Origin: an uncultured Acidobacteriota bacterium
GTDB lineage: Bacteria > Acidobacteriota > Vicinamibacteria > Vicinamibacterales > 2-12-FULL-66-21
Length of the DNA: 64,000 nt
NCBI GenBank assembly: GCA_963750475.1
Contig: CAVVQQ010000003.1
Coordinates: 64,958-128,957 of the forward strand
Direction: 5' to 3'
Position numbers and translations under genes: made by a program. This document shows, one piece after another, positions 47,400 through 56,979 of this stretch; position 1 is the stretch's first letter; the number at the start of each line of letters is the position of its first letter. The notes beneath the pieces were generated by a model. It worked only from the letters and a program-made list of their open reading frames with translations, ran no database searches and had not been told where the DNA came from.

Positions 47400-48527
47400 T
47401 CACCACCAGCGCTGGGCCCACACCAGCGAGACCGCGACCTGGCGCTCCCACTCCTCGTTGGCGAAGGACGTGTACGCCTCGTACCCGCCTCGCACCGTGA
47501 AGTTCGGCGTGACTCGATAGCCGAGGGTGGCTTCGGCGCTTGTCGCGGTGCGCCGGCCCGGAAACGGGCCGGTCAGGACGGGGGACGACGCGTGGACGGC
47601 GCGTCCGGCTGCGAACCACCGGGGTGTCAGGGTGCGGACCGCCTGCAGATTGAAGCCGCGCGCGACGGCAGGCGTTCCGGTCGTGTCGAACCGATCGATG
47701 ATCCACTCACCGGCAAGCCGGGTGTAGCCGATCGCGTATTCCCCCTCGAGGTTGACGACCGTGGCGCTCTCGTCAGGCAACGGAGTGCCGACCGACGAGC
47801 TGTTCACGCCGTACCCGTCGCTGTCGTAGGGAAGCGAGGCGGGTGCCAGAGCATTGTGCCGGTATCGCCCTCGCGCCACCCCCGCGCCGAACCTCAGGCC
47901 GGGCAGCGGCGTGACGCCGCCGCCCAGGACCAGCTGCGCCGCTGCCGGCTTCCGCGATCGGCTCAGCACGCTCCGCGTCTGTGCCGGCGTCGCGTCGGTC
48001 ACGCCGCCGCGCAGATCCCATCGTGCGCCCGAGGCGGTCACGATCGCGCCGAGCGGATACCCGCCCGACATCAGCCGCACGCCGTCGAAGTGCCCGTCGA
48101 ACGCCGGCAGCGGCGCGTAGTAGTAGAAAGGCGCGCCGATCGTCGGGTTGCGATCCGGCCGAAGTTCGAGAGTCGCCAGGCCGAGCGGCGACGAAATGAT
48201 TCCGGCGTCGAGCCGGACGGGCACCCGCGTCGACGATACGTAGCGCAGCTGGAGCTGATACATTTCGGCGCCCCAGTCGCCGCCAGGCAGCCGCCGCGCC
48301 CAGGGACGAATCACGACGTCCCAGCCGCGGCCGGCGCGGATCGTGCTCACCGCGTCGAAGATCAGAAACGGGTCGTTGTTCGCCTCGGATGTGACGCTCG
48401 CCGAAACGACCGCCTCCATGGCCACCCGGCCGGTCACATCCTGCGCGGCTGCCTCGGGCGCCGCGGCGGCCCCCAGCGTCAGGGCGCAGCCGAGCGCGAA
48501 GGCCGGGATGCGGGTCAACAGTCTCAT
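47400..48527 (-). CDS. Outer-membrane beta-barrel (porin-like) protein
   Basis: The start is ATG 48527 (MRLLTRIPAFALGCALTLGAAAAPEAAAQ signal). Alternating amphipathic strands end in aromatic residues (...QVAVSLVWAQRWW). The start overlaps the stop of the upstream HD-GYP gene (ATGA at 48524-48527). Confidence 0.65.
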   Translation of the reverse strand: MRLLTRIPAFALGCALTLGAAAAPEAAAQDVTGRVAMEAVVSASVTSEANNDPFLIFDAVSTIRAGRGWDVVIRPWARRLPGGDWGAEMYQLQLRYVSSTRVPVRLDAGIISSPLGLATLELRPDRNPTIGAPFYYYAPLPAFDGHFDGVRLMSGGYPLGAIVTASGARWDLRGGVTDATPAQTRSVLSRSRKPAAAQLVLGGGVTPLPGLRFGAGVARGRYRHNALAPASLPYDSDGYGVNSSSVGTPLPDESATVVNLEGEYAIGYTRLAGEWIIDRFDTTGTPAVARGFNLQAVRTLTPRWFAAGRAVHASSPVLTGPFPGRRTATSAEATLGYRVTPNFTVRGGYEAYTSFANEEWERQVAVSLVWAQRWW

Positions 48528-50219
48528 GCCCGGCGGACCCTCACCAGCACGGGAACGGCCGGAGAGTGCAGCGGTGTCGAGGCCGACAGGTCGATGTCCG
48601 GAAGCGCCGTCGCCAGCGCCTGCACCACCTCGGCGTCGAACTGCGTGCCGGCGCAGCGCCACAGTTCACGCAGGCCTTCCGCGCTCGGCCGCGCCGGCCG
48701 GTAGGAGCGGGCGCTGGTCATCGCGTCGAAGGCATCCGCGACATGGACGATGCGCGCAACCAGCGGGATCGAAGTGCCGCGCAGCCCGTGCGGGTAGCCG
48801 CGGCCGTCCGGCTGCTCGTGGTGCAGCTCGACGATCGGCAGGTGCGGCTCGAGGAACGGCACGCTGCGCAGGATGCGCGCCCCGACCTCGGGATGCTGCT
48901 TGATCATCTCGTACTCGGCGGCGGTCAGCGGCCCCGGCTTCATCAGCACCTGATCGCTGATGCCGATCTTGCCGATATCGTGCAGCAGCGCTCCGAGCCG
49001 CAGCACCTCGAGCTGCGGCTCGTCGAGCCGCAGCGATCGGCCGATCGCCAGCGACACGGCGCTGACGCGCTCGGAGTGGCCGGCGGTGTACGGATCGCGC
49101 GCGTCGAGCGCCAGCGCCAGCGCCCGAATCGTTCCGAGATAGGCGCTGAGCGTTTCCGCCTCGGCTGCCTTGACCGACTGGATCATGCTGTTGAAGGCCG
49201 CGGTGAGCGTGTCGACTTCCAGGCTGTCGCCGGTGGCAATCAACGGATGGTCGAAGTCCCGGGTTCGCGTCATGCCGGACAGCGATGCCGACAGCGTGTC
49301 GATCGGCCGCGCAATCGTCCGCGACAGCCAGATACTCGCCAGTCCGGCCAGCGCGAACGCCCCCAGCGCGATGACGCCCATCGTCCGCAAGGCGCTCCGC
49401 ACCGCCGGCCGCGACGAGGCGTCAATCGAATCGAGCACGTAGACCTGCGCGACCCCATGGTCGGCCAGCCGGCGGACGGCATACTGCGCCGCGTCGAGCG
49501 TCACCGTCTCCTGGTCGGCCATGGTCCTGAGCTTCGCGGGTGTGATCGCCATGCCCGGCGCCGACGGCAGCGTCGACGCGACGACGCGGTCGCCGGCGAC
49601 GATCAGCGCCCGGGCCCCCGACAGGTCCGACAGTTCGCGGGCATAGCGATCGTCGAACGCGCTGGCGAGGCGCAGCGTGCCGATCTCGGTGCCCTGCAGC
49701 ATCACCGGCACCGAGGCGATCTGGAAGACCCCCGAAGGGGTCGTGACGACGGCGTTGTGGCTGCCGGGAGGCGCGTCGGCGGCGGCGTCGAGCCAGCCGT
49801 CAGCGAGGCGCCCGGCGACCGCCAGTGGACGCCCGTACCTGATCGCGCACTTCGAGCACGTCGGGATGAATGCCGGCGGCGAGCTTGTCCAGTTCACGCG
49901 TGATGGTCTTGACGAGATCGTCCCGCGCGGCGTCGGTCGTCTGCAGCTCGGTCTGGTACGTGTCCAGCGCCGCCTTCAGCGTGGAGTTCTCCGCGAGCAT
50001 GGCGACCTGCGCCCGCAGCTCCCGGCCGCGCCGTTCTTCGAGCGCGCCGAGCAGCCGCTGGCCGGTCTCGAGCTTGTCGACCACGCCGGCCCGCACCCGG
50101 TCGCTGACGTTGAGGGTCGCGACGAGGAGGACCGCCGACAGCACGAACGCCACCGTCGCCAGCGTCGCCACCAGCGTGCGGGTGACGAAACGGGGAGGCG
50201 TGTGCGTGCCGCGCGCCAT
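48524..50219 (-). pseudogene. Membrane-bound HD-GYP-domain c-di-GMP phosphodiesterase with a periplasmic sensor and a HAMP-like linker, with one frame change as sequenced
   Basis: ORF 49800..50219 holds the N-terminal TM helix and sensor. It joins ORF 48524..49897 at ...IHPDVLEVRDQ|YGRPLAVAGRLADGW (shift about 49840). A second TM helix (VIALGAFALAGLASIWL) is followed by the HD-GYP signature GHSERV...LHDIGKIG...HHEQPDGRGYP. Confidence 0.85.
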
Positions 50220-50918
50220 CTACCGCTCCATCACCGGCAGGGAAAATTCGACCCGCGCCTCTTCCCCGGCGGCAACCGTCACGGAGCGAGTCGTCTCGCC
50301 GATCCGCTCGTGCCATGCGCTCAACCGGTAGGTGCCGGCGGGGACGGCCTCGATCGCGAAGCGCCCATCGCCGCCCGGCGTCGCGTAGAGGCGGTGGTCG
50401 AACACCATGATCGTGGCGGCCATCTCCGAGTGGATGTGGCAGTAGACTTTGATGACCCCGGCGCGCGGAAACGTCCGTTCGCGCTTGTCGCCGCTCCGGA
50501 ACCGCCCGAGGTCGAAGGTGGCGCCGCGCGACAGCGAGAACACGTTGTGGAAGTAGGGGTCGAAGTTCGGGAACTCGATGGTGGAGTCGCGGGTGATGGC
50601 GGTGACCCGCGGCACGAACGCCTCGTCGCGCTGGCTGATCGAGGCACGGGTCGCCGGAAGGTTCGTCTGGCGTGGCGCGTCCTTGACGAACACCACGACG
50701 TTCGCGATCTCGGCTGCCGCCGGCGTCGTGCGGTTGACCTGCCGCGAGGGGTAGGCCCCCGAGCGCAGCGGTGTGCCGGACAGTGCCGTCAGGTGCACGA
50801 GGCCGGTGATGCGTCCGTAGGGCTGAGCCACGCGGCCCACCGCCGGCTGCGCCACGGCGAGCGTGCAGGTGACGGCCACCAGGGCCAGCACCGGTCGAAA
50901 TGACACACGGAAAAACAT
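50220..50918 (-). CDS. Secreted cupredoxin-like (amicyanin-type ligand pattern) protein with a C-terminal beta-sandwich (paralog 1)
   Basis: The start is ATG 50918, followed by a signal peptide. The type-1-copper-like ligand pattern is FHNVF...YCHIHSEM (H...C-x2-H-x2-M). The C-terminal segment is DGRFAIEAVPAGTYRLSAWHERIGE. The stop abuts the HD-GYP start with a 0-nt gap. Confidence 0.6.
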   Translation of the reverse strand: MFFRVSFRPVLALVAVTCTLAVAQPAVGRVAQPYGRITGLVHLTALSGTPLRSGAYPSRQVNRTTPAAAEIANVVVFVKDAPRQTNLPATRASISQRDEAFVPRVTAITRDSTIEFPNFDPYFHNVFSLSRGATFDLGRFRSGDKRERTFPRAGVIKVYCHIHSEMAATIMVFDHRLYATPGGDGRFAIEAVPAGTYRLSAWHERIGETTRSVTVAAGEEARVEFSLPVMER

Positions 50919-51169
50919 AATCGTAATTACTTCCCCTGATCCAGGGGGTTCCGGCGGCCGTGGTGCCGATTGCGTGCCAGGGGGAGCCCGGCACGCGCCA
51001 CGGCCCGCACACACACGCCGCGGACATCGTTCGGGCAGTCGAGGGATCGAGGGCGGGCGGCGGGAGAATCAATACGGGTCGACGGTCGGCTGCACGGCTT
51101 GGTGATCGCCCCCGGGCCGGGTCGGCGCGGGTGAACCCCTGGACCGGGGACGGTCCCAGGGGAACGAGG

Positions 51170-51715
51170 TCACTTCGACCAGGGGGGGACGACGCCGTTC
51201 ATCCGCGCGTATGCGATGGACTGTCCCATGTGCTCGTTGTCGTGCAGCAGGATCCGCAGGAAGATGCCTTCGGCGGTGGTTTCCGTTCCGAAGAACTGCA
51301 CCGTCCTCTGCCGGTCCGCGCTTGGGTAGCCCTGGGCGACGGCGTCCAGCGACTTCCTGAGCCAGCCGATTACCTCCGGCTTGCTGGAGACGCTTTTCTC
51401 GGGATTCTTCGGCAGCGTCGACATGTCCACTGCCGGCTTGACGCCGGCCTGTTCGAGCAGCCAGAAATTCCCGAGCGCCAGGTGCATGTAGACCTCGCTG
51501 ATCGAGCGGACGCCGGGCGCGGGGCGCCAGCTGAATTTCCCGGCCGGCGTGGCCTCCGCGAGTGCCAGTAGCTGACGTGAGGTCACGGTGAATTCCGGCA
51601 GCCACCCGTGTCCGAGTTCCGGCGGCTGCGTCTGTGCGACCGCCGGGCCGGGCGCGAGCAGGAGTCCGCAGGCGAGCAGGACGACGACCGCCAGCGGGAA
51701 TGTCGGTTTCTGCAT
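51170..51715 (-). CDS. Secreted DinB-family protein (paralog 2)
   Basis: The likely start is ATG 51715 (MQKPTFPLAVVVLLACGLLLA signal). The sequence reads ...KFSWRPAPGVRSISEVYMHL...LLHDNEHMGQSIAYARMNGVVPPWSK. It shares the same C-terminal motif as 20231..20803. Confidence 0.75.
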   Translation of the reverse strand: MQKPTFPLAVVVLLACGLLLAPGPAVAQTQPPELGHGWLPEFTVTSRQLLALAEATPAGKFSWRPAPGVRSISEVYMHLALGNFWLLEQAGVKPAVDMSTLPKNPEKSVSSKPEVIGWLRKSLDAVAQGYPSADRQRTVQFFGTETTAEGIFLRILLHDNEHMGQSIAYARMNGVVPPWSK

Positions 51716-51913
51716 GGATGTGCTCTCCGTGATGGATTCTGTCGGCGTCATCCGGCCAGCGCTTCGAGCAGATCCGGCGGGGATCCGCGTCACGCTGGCG
51801 ACGCCAGACGCGCTCTATCGTCTGAAGCGGAAGACCGTCCGGCCCCTCGATCGGCAGGACGCCGCGGCGCTGCGGGAGCGCTTCGGACTCGACGGAGGAG
51901 ACTGACCGGCTGA

Positions 51914-51939
51914 CCGTCCGCGGTTGACCCGCGGGACGG
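51914..51939 (-). terminator. Strong GC hairpin just downstream of the oxidase subunit II gene (terminator candidate)
   Basis: CCGTCCGCGG (51914-51923) pairs with CCGCGGGACGG (51929-51939). This gives 10 bp with one bulge and a 5-nt loop. It lies 19 nt past the ctaC stop codon. There is no U-tract. Confidence 0.35.
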
Positions 51940-51957
51940 GAACGAAGCAGGCGCGGG

Positions 51958-52759
51958 CTATCGGAAGATGTCCGATTCTCCCTTGAGCTTCTCTTCTTCG
52001 TCCGCCATCCATTTCTGGAACTCCTCGGCGGTCTGGACGGTGACGAAGCCGCGCATCCGGTAGTGGCCGAGGCCGCAGAGCTGGGCGCAGGCGATCTCGT
52101 ACTGGAACTCGGCGTTCCCCGTCCGGGCCCGCATCTCCTCGGTCGTGACGTCGGGAACGAACCAGATGGGGATCGTCAACCCGGGGACGGCGTCCTGCTT
52201 GACGCGAAACTCCGGCACGCCGAAGCTGTGGATGACATCCTTGCTCCGCAGCCTGACGATCACCGGCTGGTTGACGGGCAGATAGAGCTGATTGAGCGTC
52301 GTGATGTCGTCCTTCGCCGGCGGGATCCGAGCGGTCGAGCCCGAGCGGGTTGGTCTGGAGGTCGATCAGGCTGATGTCCGTCCGGCCGAACGTCCCGTCC
52401 GGCCCGGCATAGTGGACGTTCCAGGCGAACTGCTCGGCGGTGACCCGAACGACCAGCGCCTCGCTCTCCGGCGGCATGCGGTCGACGCGCGCCGCCCAGA
52501 GCGGGACCGAGAACGCGAACAGGAGAATCGCTTCGATCACGGCGACGCCAATCTCCGAATAGCTCGAAGCGTGCGACTTGACGCCGGTGTAGTCCGCCAC
52601 CGGGTGGCGCGATCGGCGGAAGCGGAACAGGATGTAGGCGAGGAACGCTCCCCAGCCGACGAACAGGATCAGCATGAACACGTGCATCCAGCCGATCAGG
52701 CTGTCGATCTGCGCGCCGTGAGCCGAGGCGAGCGGCGGGAGTCCGAGCCATTCAGTCAT
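51958..52759 (-). pseudogene. ctaC: Haem-copper (aa3-type) cytochrome c oxidase subunit II with a CuA site, with one frame change as sequenced
   Basis: ORF 51815..52897 and ORF 51958..52263 join at ...LGLDRSDPAG|KDDITTLNQLYLPVNQPVIVRLRSKDVIHSFGVPEF (shift about 52320). There are two TM helices. The CuA ligands are in HSF...CAQLCGLGHYRM. The start is taken at ATG 52759 (MTEWLGLPPLASAHG), but the frame stays open upstream. Confidence 0.85.
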
Positions 52760-53043
52760 GATGTCCTCGGCGACCTCTGGAGCTTCGACCATTCGGTCGT
52801 CGAGCTCGATGTCCGCGAGGCGCTTGGCGCGCCTGCGCAGATAGAGAAAGAAGCCCGCGAACCCGCCCTGCACCGCCAGCGTGATGGCCAGCATCACCAG
52901 CGACGCCGAGCTTCGTGCCGTCGATCATCGACGTCTCTTCCGCGCCGAAGCACACCGGGCAGGCGAGAAGCGTCGAACCGCCGCCAATCGCGACGGCTGC
53001 GGCGGTGGCGGCCAGCCGGATCCAGCCCCGTGCGGCGGCTCAT
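52760..53043 (-). pseudogene. Small two-helix membrane protein with a CPVCFG motif. It is frame-disrupted and shows no stop before ctaC, so the boundary is unresolved.
   Basis: From ATG 53043 the sequence reads MSRRT|GWIRLAATAAAVAIGGGSTLLACPVCFGAEETSMIDGTKLGV|.VMLAITLAVQGGFAGFFLYLRRRAKR..., spread over three frames. It then runs in frame into the ctaC N-terminus. Its start overlaps the upstream stop (ATGA at 53040-53043). Confidence 0.4.
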
Positions 53044-53242
53044 CGCAGCGTCCTCGTCTTGCGCAGGAACCACGAGTCGTAGACGAGCAGCCCGACCGAC
53101 AGCGGCGAACGCCGCGATCGCCGCGAGCAGCGGCCCGCACCCCGTGCCCCGGCCGTAGACCGCCCAGGCACCAGACCCCGAACAGCACCGCGAGCGCCGC
53201 GGAGAGGAGGATCAGCAGCGCGTGGAACCACCTGAGGTTCAT
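53040..53242 (-). pseudogene. Small two-helix membrane protein of unknown function, with two frame changes as sequenced
   Basis: The sequence reads MNLRWFHALLILLSAALAVLFGVWCLG|..YGRGTGCGPLLAAIAAFAAVG|LLVYDSWFLRKTRTLR. The start overlaps the subunit IV stop (TGATG at 53240-53244). Confidence 0.35.
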
Positions 53243-53562
53243 CAGTGGATCCAGAAGCCGTTGTGAACGGTGACCACGGGAAGGGCCAGCAGCGCGACGA
53301 AGAAGGCGGCGGTCAGCGAGCAGGACCGCGTAGATCAGCTTCTTCTCGGAGATCAGGTGCATGAAGTAGCACGCCACCAGCGATCCCTTGACGGTCGCGA
53401 CGAGCAGCGCCACGCGTGATCGCCGACGTGCACGGGCAGATGGACGCGTGAAATCGCCACGGTGATGATCGTCAGCGCCATCAGCGCGACGAAGACGGTG
53501 ACGTAGACCCTGACGTGCCTGTCGATGTCGGCGGCGTGGTCGCGTCTGTCATGGCGTGGCAT
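53242..53562 (-). pseudogene. Cytochrome c oxidase subunit IV-like small membrane protein, with two frame changes as sequenced
   Basis: The sequence reads MPRHDRRDHAADIDRHVRVYVTVFVALMALTIITVAISRVHLP...|ALLVATVKGSLVACYFMHLISEKKLIYAVLL|LTAAFFVALLALPVVTVHNGFWIH. The motif KxxLVxxxFMHL is typical of bacterial caa3/aa3 subunit IV (CoxD/CtaF-like). Confidence 0.6.
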
Positions 53563-53567
53563 GCCGC

Positions 53568-54164
53568 CTACAGAAGGTAGAGGATCGGGAACAGGAAGAT
53601 CCAGACCAGATCCACGAAGTGCCAGAACAGGCCGGCGTGCTCGACCCGGTTGGTGAACCACTCCGGGTTGGTCTTCCACAGCTTCGCGCCGGGCCCCCAG
53701 AAATAGGCGTTCACCGCCATCCCGCCGAGGACGTGCAGCATGTGCAGGCCGGTCAGGGTGAAGTAGATGCGCCAGGAAGTTGCTGGTGCTGGGATACAGG
53801 CCGTCGTGGAACTTGTGGCTGTACTCGAAGTACTTGACGCACGAGGAAGACGAACCCGAGCAGGATCGTCGTGCCCATGTAGATCCGGAACGTGCCGAAG
53901 CGGCGCCGCACCAGCGACGCCCAGGCCATGACCATCGTGACCGACGATGAAATCAGGACGAGCGTGTTGAACGTCGCCAGCGGGACATTCAGAATCGTGT
54001 CCCCCCGCGGCCAGCTCGGCGCCCCGGTCCGGATCAGGATGTAGCTGGCGAACAGGGCGCCAAACAGCATCACCTCCGAGGCCAGGAAGAGCCAGATGCC
54101 GATCTTGCCGTTGGTCAGGCCGGTGTCGGGGCGCGACCTCGACGGTGTAGGGAATGTCCATCAT
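53568..54164 (-). pseudogene. ctaE: Cytochrome c oxidase subunit III, with three frame changes as sequenced
   Basis: The sequence reads MMDIPYTVEVAPR|.DTGLTNGKIGIWLFLASEVMLFGALFASYILIR...TILLGFVFLV|.VKYFEYSHKFHDGLYPSTSNFLA|IYFTLTGLHMLHVLGG...GLFWHFVDLVWIFLFPILYLL. The shifts lie at about 54125, 53838 and 53772. Confidence 0.85.
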
Positions 54165-54236
54165 TCACCGAGGGGCTGTGCCCCTCGGACTCCCCGGCAC
54201 GCGCCCGCGCTCGCTGACGGTTTCTGCATAAGCTCC

Positions 54237-56014
54237 TCAGGCCTCGAACTGCGGCGAGAAGTCCTTCGCCGCGCCGGGAACGCTGTACTCGTAGGGCCCG
54301 CGGTAGCGCTTCCGGCGGCGACGAGCGAAATTGCCGTGCGGCGGCGGCGACGGCGCCGCCCACTCGAGCGTGGTCGCCTGCCACGGGTTGGCGCCGACCT
54401 TCTCTCCCTTCCGGATGCTCCAGAAGAAATTGAAGATGAACGGAAGCTGGAACAGCGCCATGATCCACGCGCCCCACGACGACACGACGTTCAGGTGGCA
54501 GCACCGGCTGCGCGAACGCGTAGCTGCGCGCCGCCGTCGTACAGCCGCCGCGAGATGCCGGCCAGCCCGACGATGAACATCGGCATGAAGATGACGTTCA
54601 TGCAGACGAGCGAGCCGCAGAAATGGATCTTGCCGAGCGTCTCGTTCATCATCCGGCCGGTGGCCTTCGGGAACCAGTAGTAGATCGCCGGCGAACAGCG
54701 CGAAGATCGTCCCCGGCGCGACGACGTAGTGGAAGTGGGCGATGACGTAGTAGGTGTCGTGCAGCGTGGATGTCGGCGACGTTCAGGCCGAGCGGCAGCC
54801 CGGTCAGCCCGCCGATGCCGAACATCGGCAGGAACGCCAGCGCGAACAGCATCGGCGTGTTGAAGCGGATCGACCCGCCCCACAGCGAGATGATCAGCGC
54901 CGTCAGGATCACGACCGACGGGATCGAGATGATCATCGTCGTCGTCTGGAAGAACGCCGCCATCGCCGTGCCCATGCCGGTCATGAACATGTGGTGCGCC
55001 CAGACGATGAACGACATGAAGCCGAGGAAGACGACCGAGTAGACCATCGAGCGGTAGCCCCACAGCGGCTTGCGCGTGTTGTTGGCGATGATCTCGGCGA
55101 CGATGCCCATCGCCGGCAGGATCAGGACGTAGACCTCGGGGTGCGCGAGGAACCAGAACAGGTGCTGCCAGAGCAGCGGGTTGCCGCCGCCGGCGCGCGG
55201 TCAGGACCTGGCCGCTGACGACCAGGCCGCTCGGCAGGAAGAAGCTGGTGCCGGCGAGCCGATCCATCAGCTGCATGATCGCCGCCGCTTCGAGCGGCGG
55301 GAAGGCCAGCAGCAGCAGGAACGCGGTGACGAACTGCGCCCAGACGAAGAACGGCAACCGCATGAACGTCAGCCCCTTGGCGCGCAGCTGGACGATCGTG
55401 ACGATGAAGTTGACCGCGCCGAGCAGCGACGAGGTGATCAGGAAGACCATGCCGACGAGCCAGATCGTCTGGCCCGGCGCCGGCGATGATCGACGAGCGG
55501 CGGATACGAGGTCCAGCCGCGACTGCGCCGCGCCGCCGGGCGACGACGAAGCTGGCCAGCATCATCACGCCGCCGAGGAAGATAGAACCAGTAGCTCGCC
55601 ATGTTCAGCCGCGGGAACGCCATGTCCGGGGCGCCGATCTGGAGCGGCAGGACGAAGTTGCCGAAGCCGCCGACGGCGAGCGGCACGACGCCGAGGAACA
55701 CCATGATCGTGCCGTGCATCGCCCCGAGCTGGTTGTAGAACTCGGGCAGCATCATGCCGCCCGGCATGCGCGCCTCGCCGAGGAGCCTGCCGAGCAGCGG
55801 CAGCGGCGCACCCGGATAGGCGAGCTGCCAGCGCATCAGCATCATCAGCGAGAAGCCGAAGAGCAGGAACAGCAGCCCGGTGACGGCGTACTGGATGCCG
55901 ATGACCTTGTGGTCGGTGGAGAAGACGTAGCTGCCACCAGAAGCCCAGCGGCTCATGGGTGGCGTCGTGCGCGACGTGCGGCCTGGGTACGGCGACAGCA
56001 GCGGGGTCACTCAT
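54237..56014 (-). pseudogene. ctaD: Cytochrome c oxidase subunit I (A-family haem-copper oxidase), with about ten frame changes as sequenced
   Basis: The protein is assembled from ORFs 55565..56014, 55438..56010, 55122..55568, 54491..55450, 54649..55110 and 54237..54485. Segments are MSDPAAVAVPRPHVAHDATHEPLGFWW|.YVFSTDHKVIGIQY, then ...MHGTIMVFLGVVP and ...GWTSYPPL.... These are followed by [26 protein letters not shown] and ...FIVWAHHMF. The series ends with ...[15 protein letters not shown], ...[10 protein letters not shown] and ...[21 protein letters not shown]. All six canonical His ligand contexts are recognisable. Confidence 0.9.
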
Positions 56015-56045
56015 GCAGCTGTTCTCCCGACGTCTGGTTCGAGGG

Positions 56046-56789
56046 CTATTTCGCGGGTACGGCGAACTTCCAATCCTGGGTCTTCGTATCGTTGGCGCCG
56101 ACCGTGACCGAAGCCGTCTGCGTTCCCAGCCGTTCGTGCCAGGCCGTGATCGTGTAGGTGCCGGGGTCGAGGCCGGAGATCGTGTACTTGCCGTCGGTGC
56201 CGGTCACCGAGAAGAAGGGATGAGTGAAGACGCCGATGTAGGCGCTCATCCACGGGTGGACGTCGCACTTGACGTGGAAGATCGCCTCTTCCTTCTCGAA
56301 CGACGTCGTCACTTCCTTGACCGTCGCCGGCATCGCCCGGTTGAAGGCCCGGTTCAGCGTCGGCAGCGTATGGATGTTGTGGAGGATGCCGTCGGAGTTG
56401 AGGATCTTGTAGGGCTGGCCGACCATGATGCCCATGACGTGCGGCTTGTACTGGCAGCCATTCTGGTCGACGACGACCGGAGTCTTGGGCGCCGGCCAGG
56501 TCTTGCCGGCGGGCAGCCCCTTCGAGACCCACACCATGATGTTGCCCATCGTCTGGCCGCTGCCGAGCACCAGCATGTCGTTGGCGACCGGTCCGGTGTG
56601 CTTCTTGGCGCAGGCGGGGTCGGCGTCCATGGCCAGCGGCCTGAGCGTGGGCGCGCTGCCGGTGAAGGTGACGGTGCCGGTGATGGTGGAAGCCGCCAGG
56701 GCGACGCCCGGCGAGAAGGACGCCGCGGCCAGCCACGCCGCCAGCCACAACCTGTTCCCGGTCGCGCGCATACTCGGCCCCTTGGTCAT
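56046..56789 (-). CDS. Secreted cupredoxin-like protein (paralog 2), first gene of the oxidase cluster
   Basis: The likely start is ATG 56789, with GAGG upstream. The signal peptide is ...WLAAWLAAASFSPGVALA. The ligand pattern is LHNIH...KCDVHPWM (H...C-x2-H-x2-M). The C-terminal segment is DGKYTISGLDPGTYTITAWHERLGT. There is a 31-nt gap to the ctaD start. Confidence 0.6.
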   Translation of the reverse strand: MTKGPSMRATGNRLWLAAWLAAASFSPGVALAASTITGTVTFTGSAPTLRPLAMDADPACAKKHTGPVANDMLVLGSGQTMGNIMVWVSKGLPAGKTWPAPKTPVVVDQNGCQYKPHVMGIMVGQPYKILNSDGILHNIHTLPTLNRAFNRAMPATVKEVTTSFEKEEAIFHVKCDVHPWMSAYIGVFTHPFFSVTGTDGKYTISGLDPGTYTITAWHERLGTQTASVTVGANDTKTQDWKFAVPAK

Positions 56790-56979
56790 CGCAAACCTCG
56801 TTTCCGTCGTGACGGGTGAACGCAGCGTCGGCTCAGTCTGGAGTGGGCCGACTCTACACCGGCCCCGTCGTCCGCGCAACCCCCTTGGTCGCCGGGGCCG
56901 TCGATGGTCGCCTGTCGCATCGCGGACGCCCTCCCAATCGAGTCTTGTCGAAACCCCGCCTCGAGCCTAAGATGGCGCC

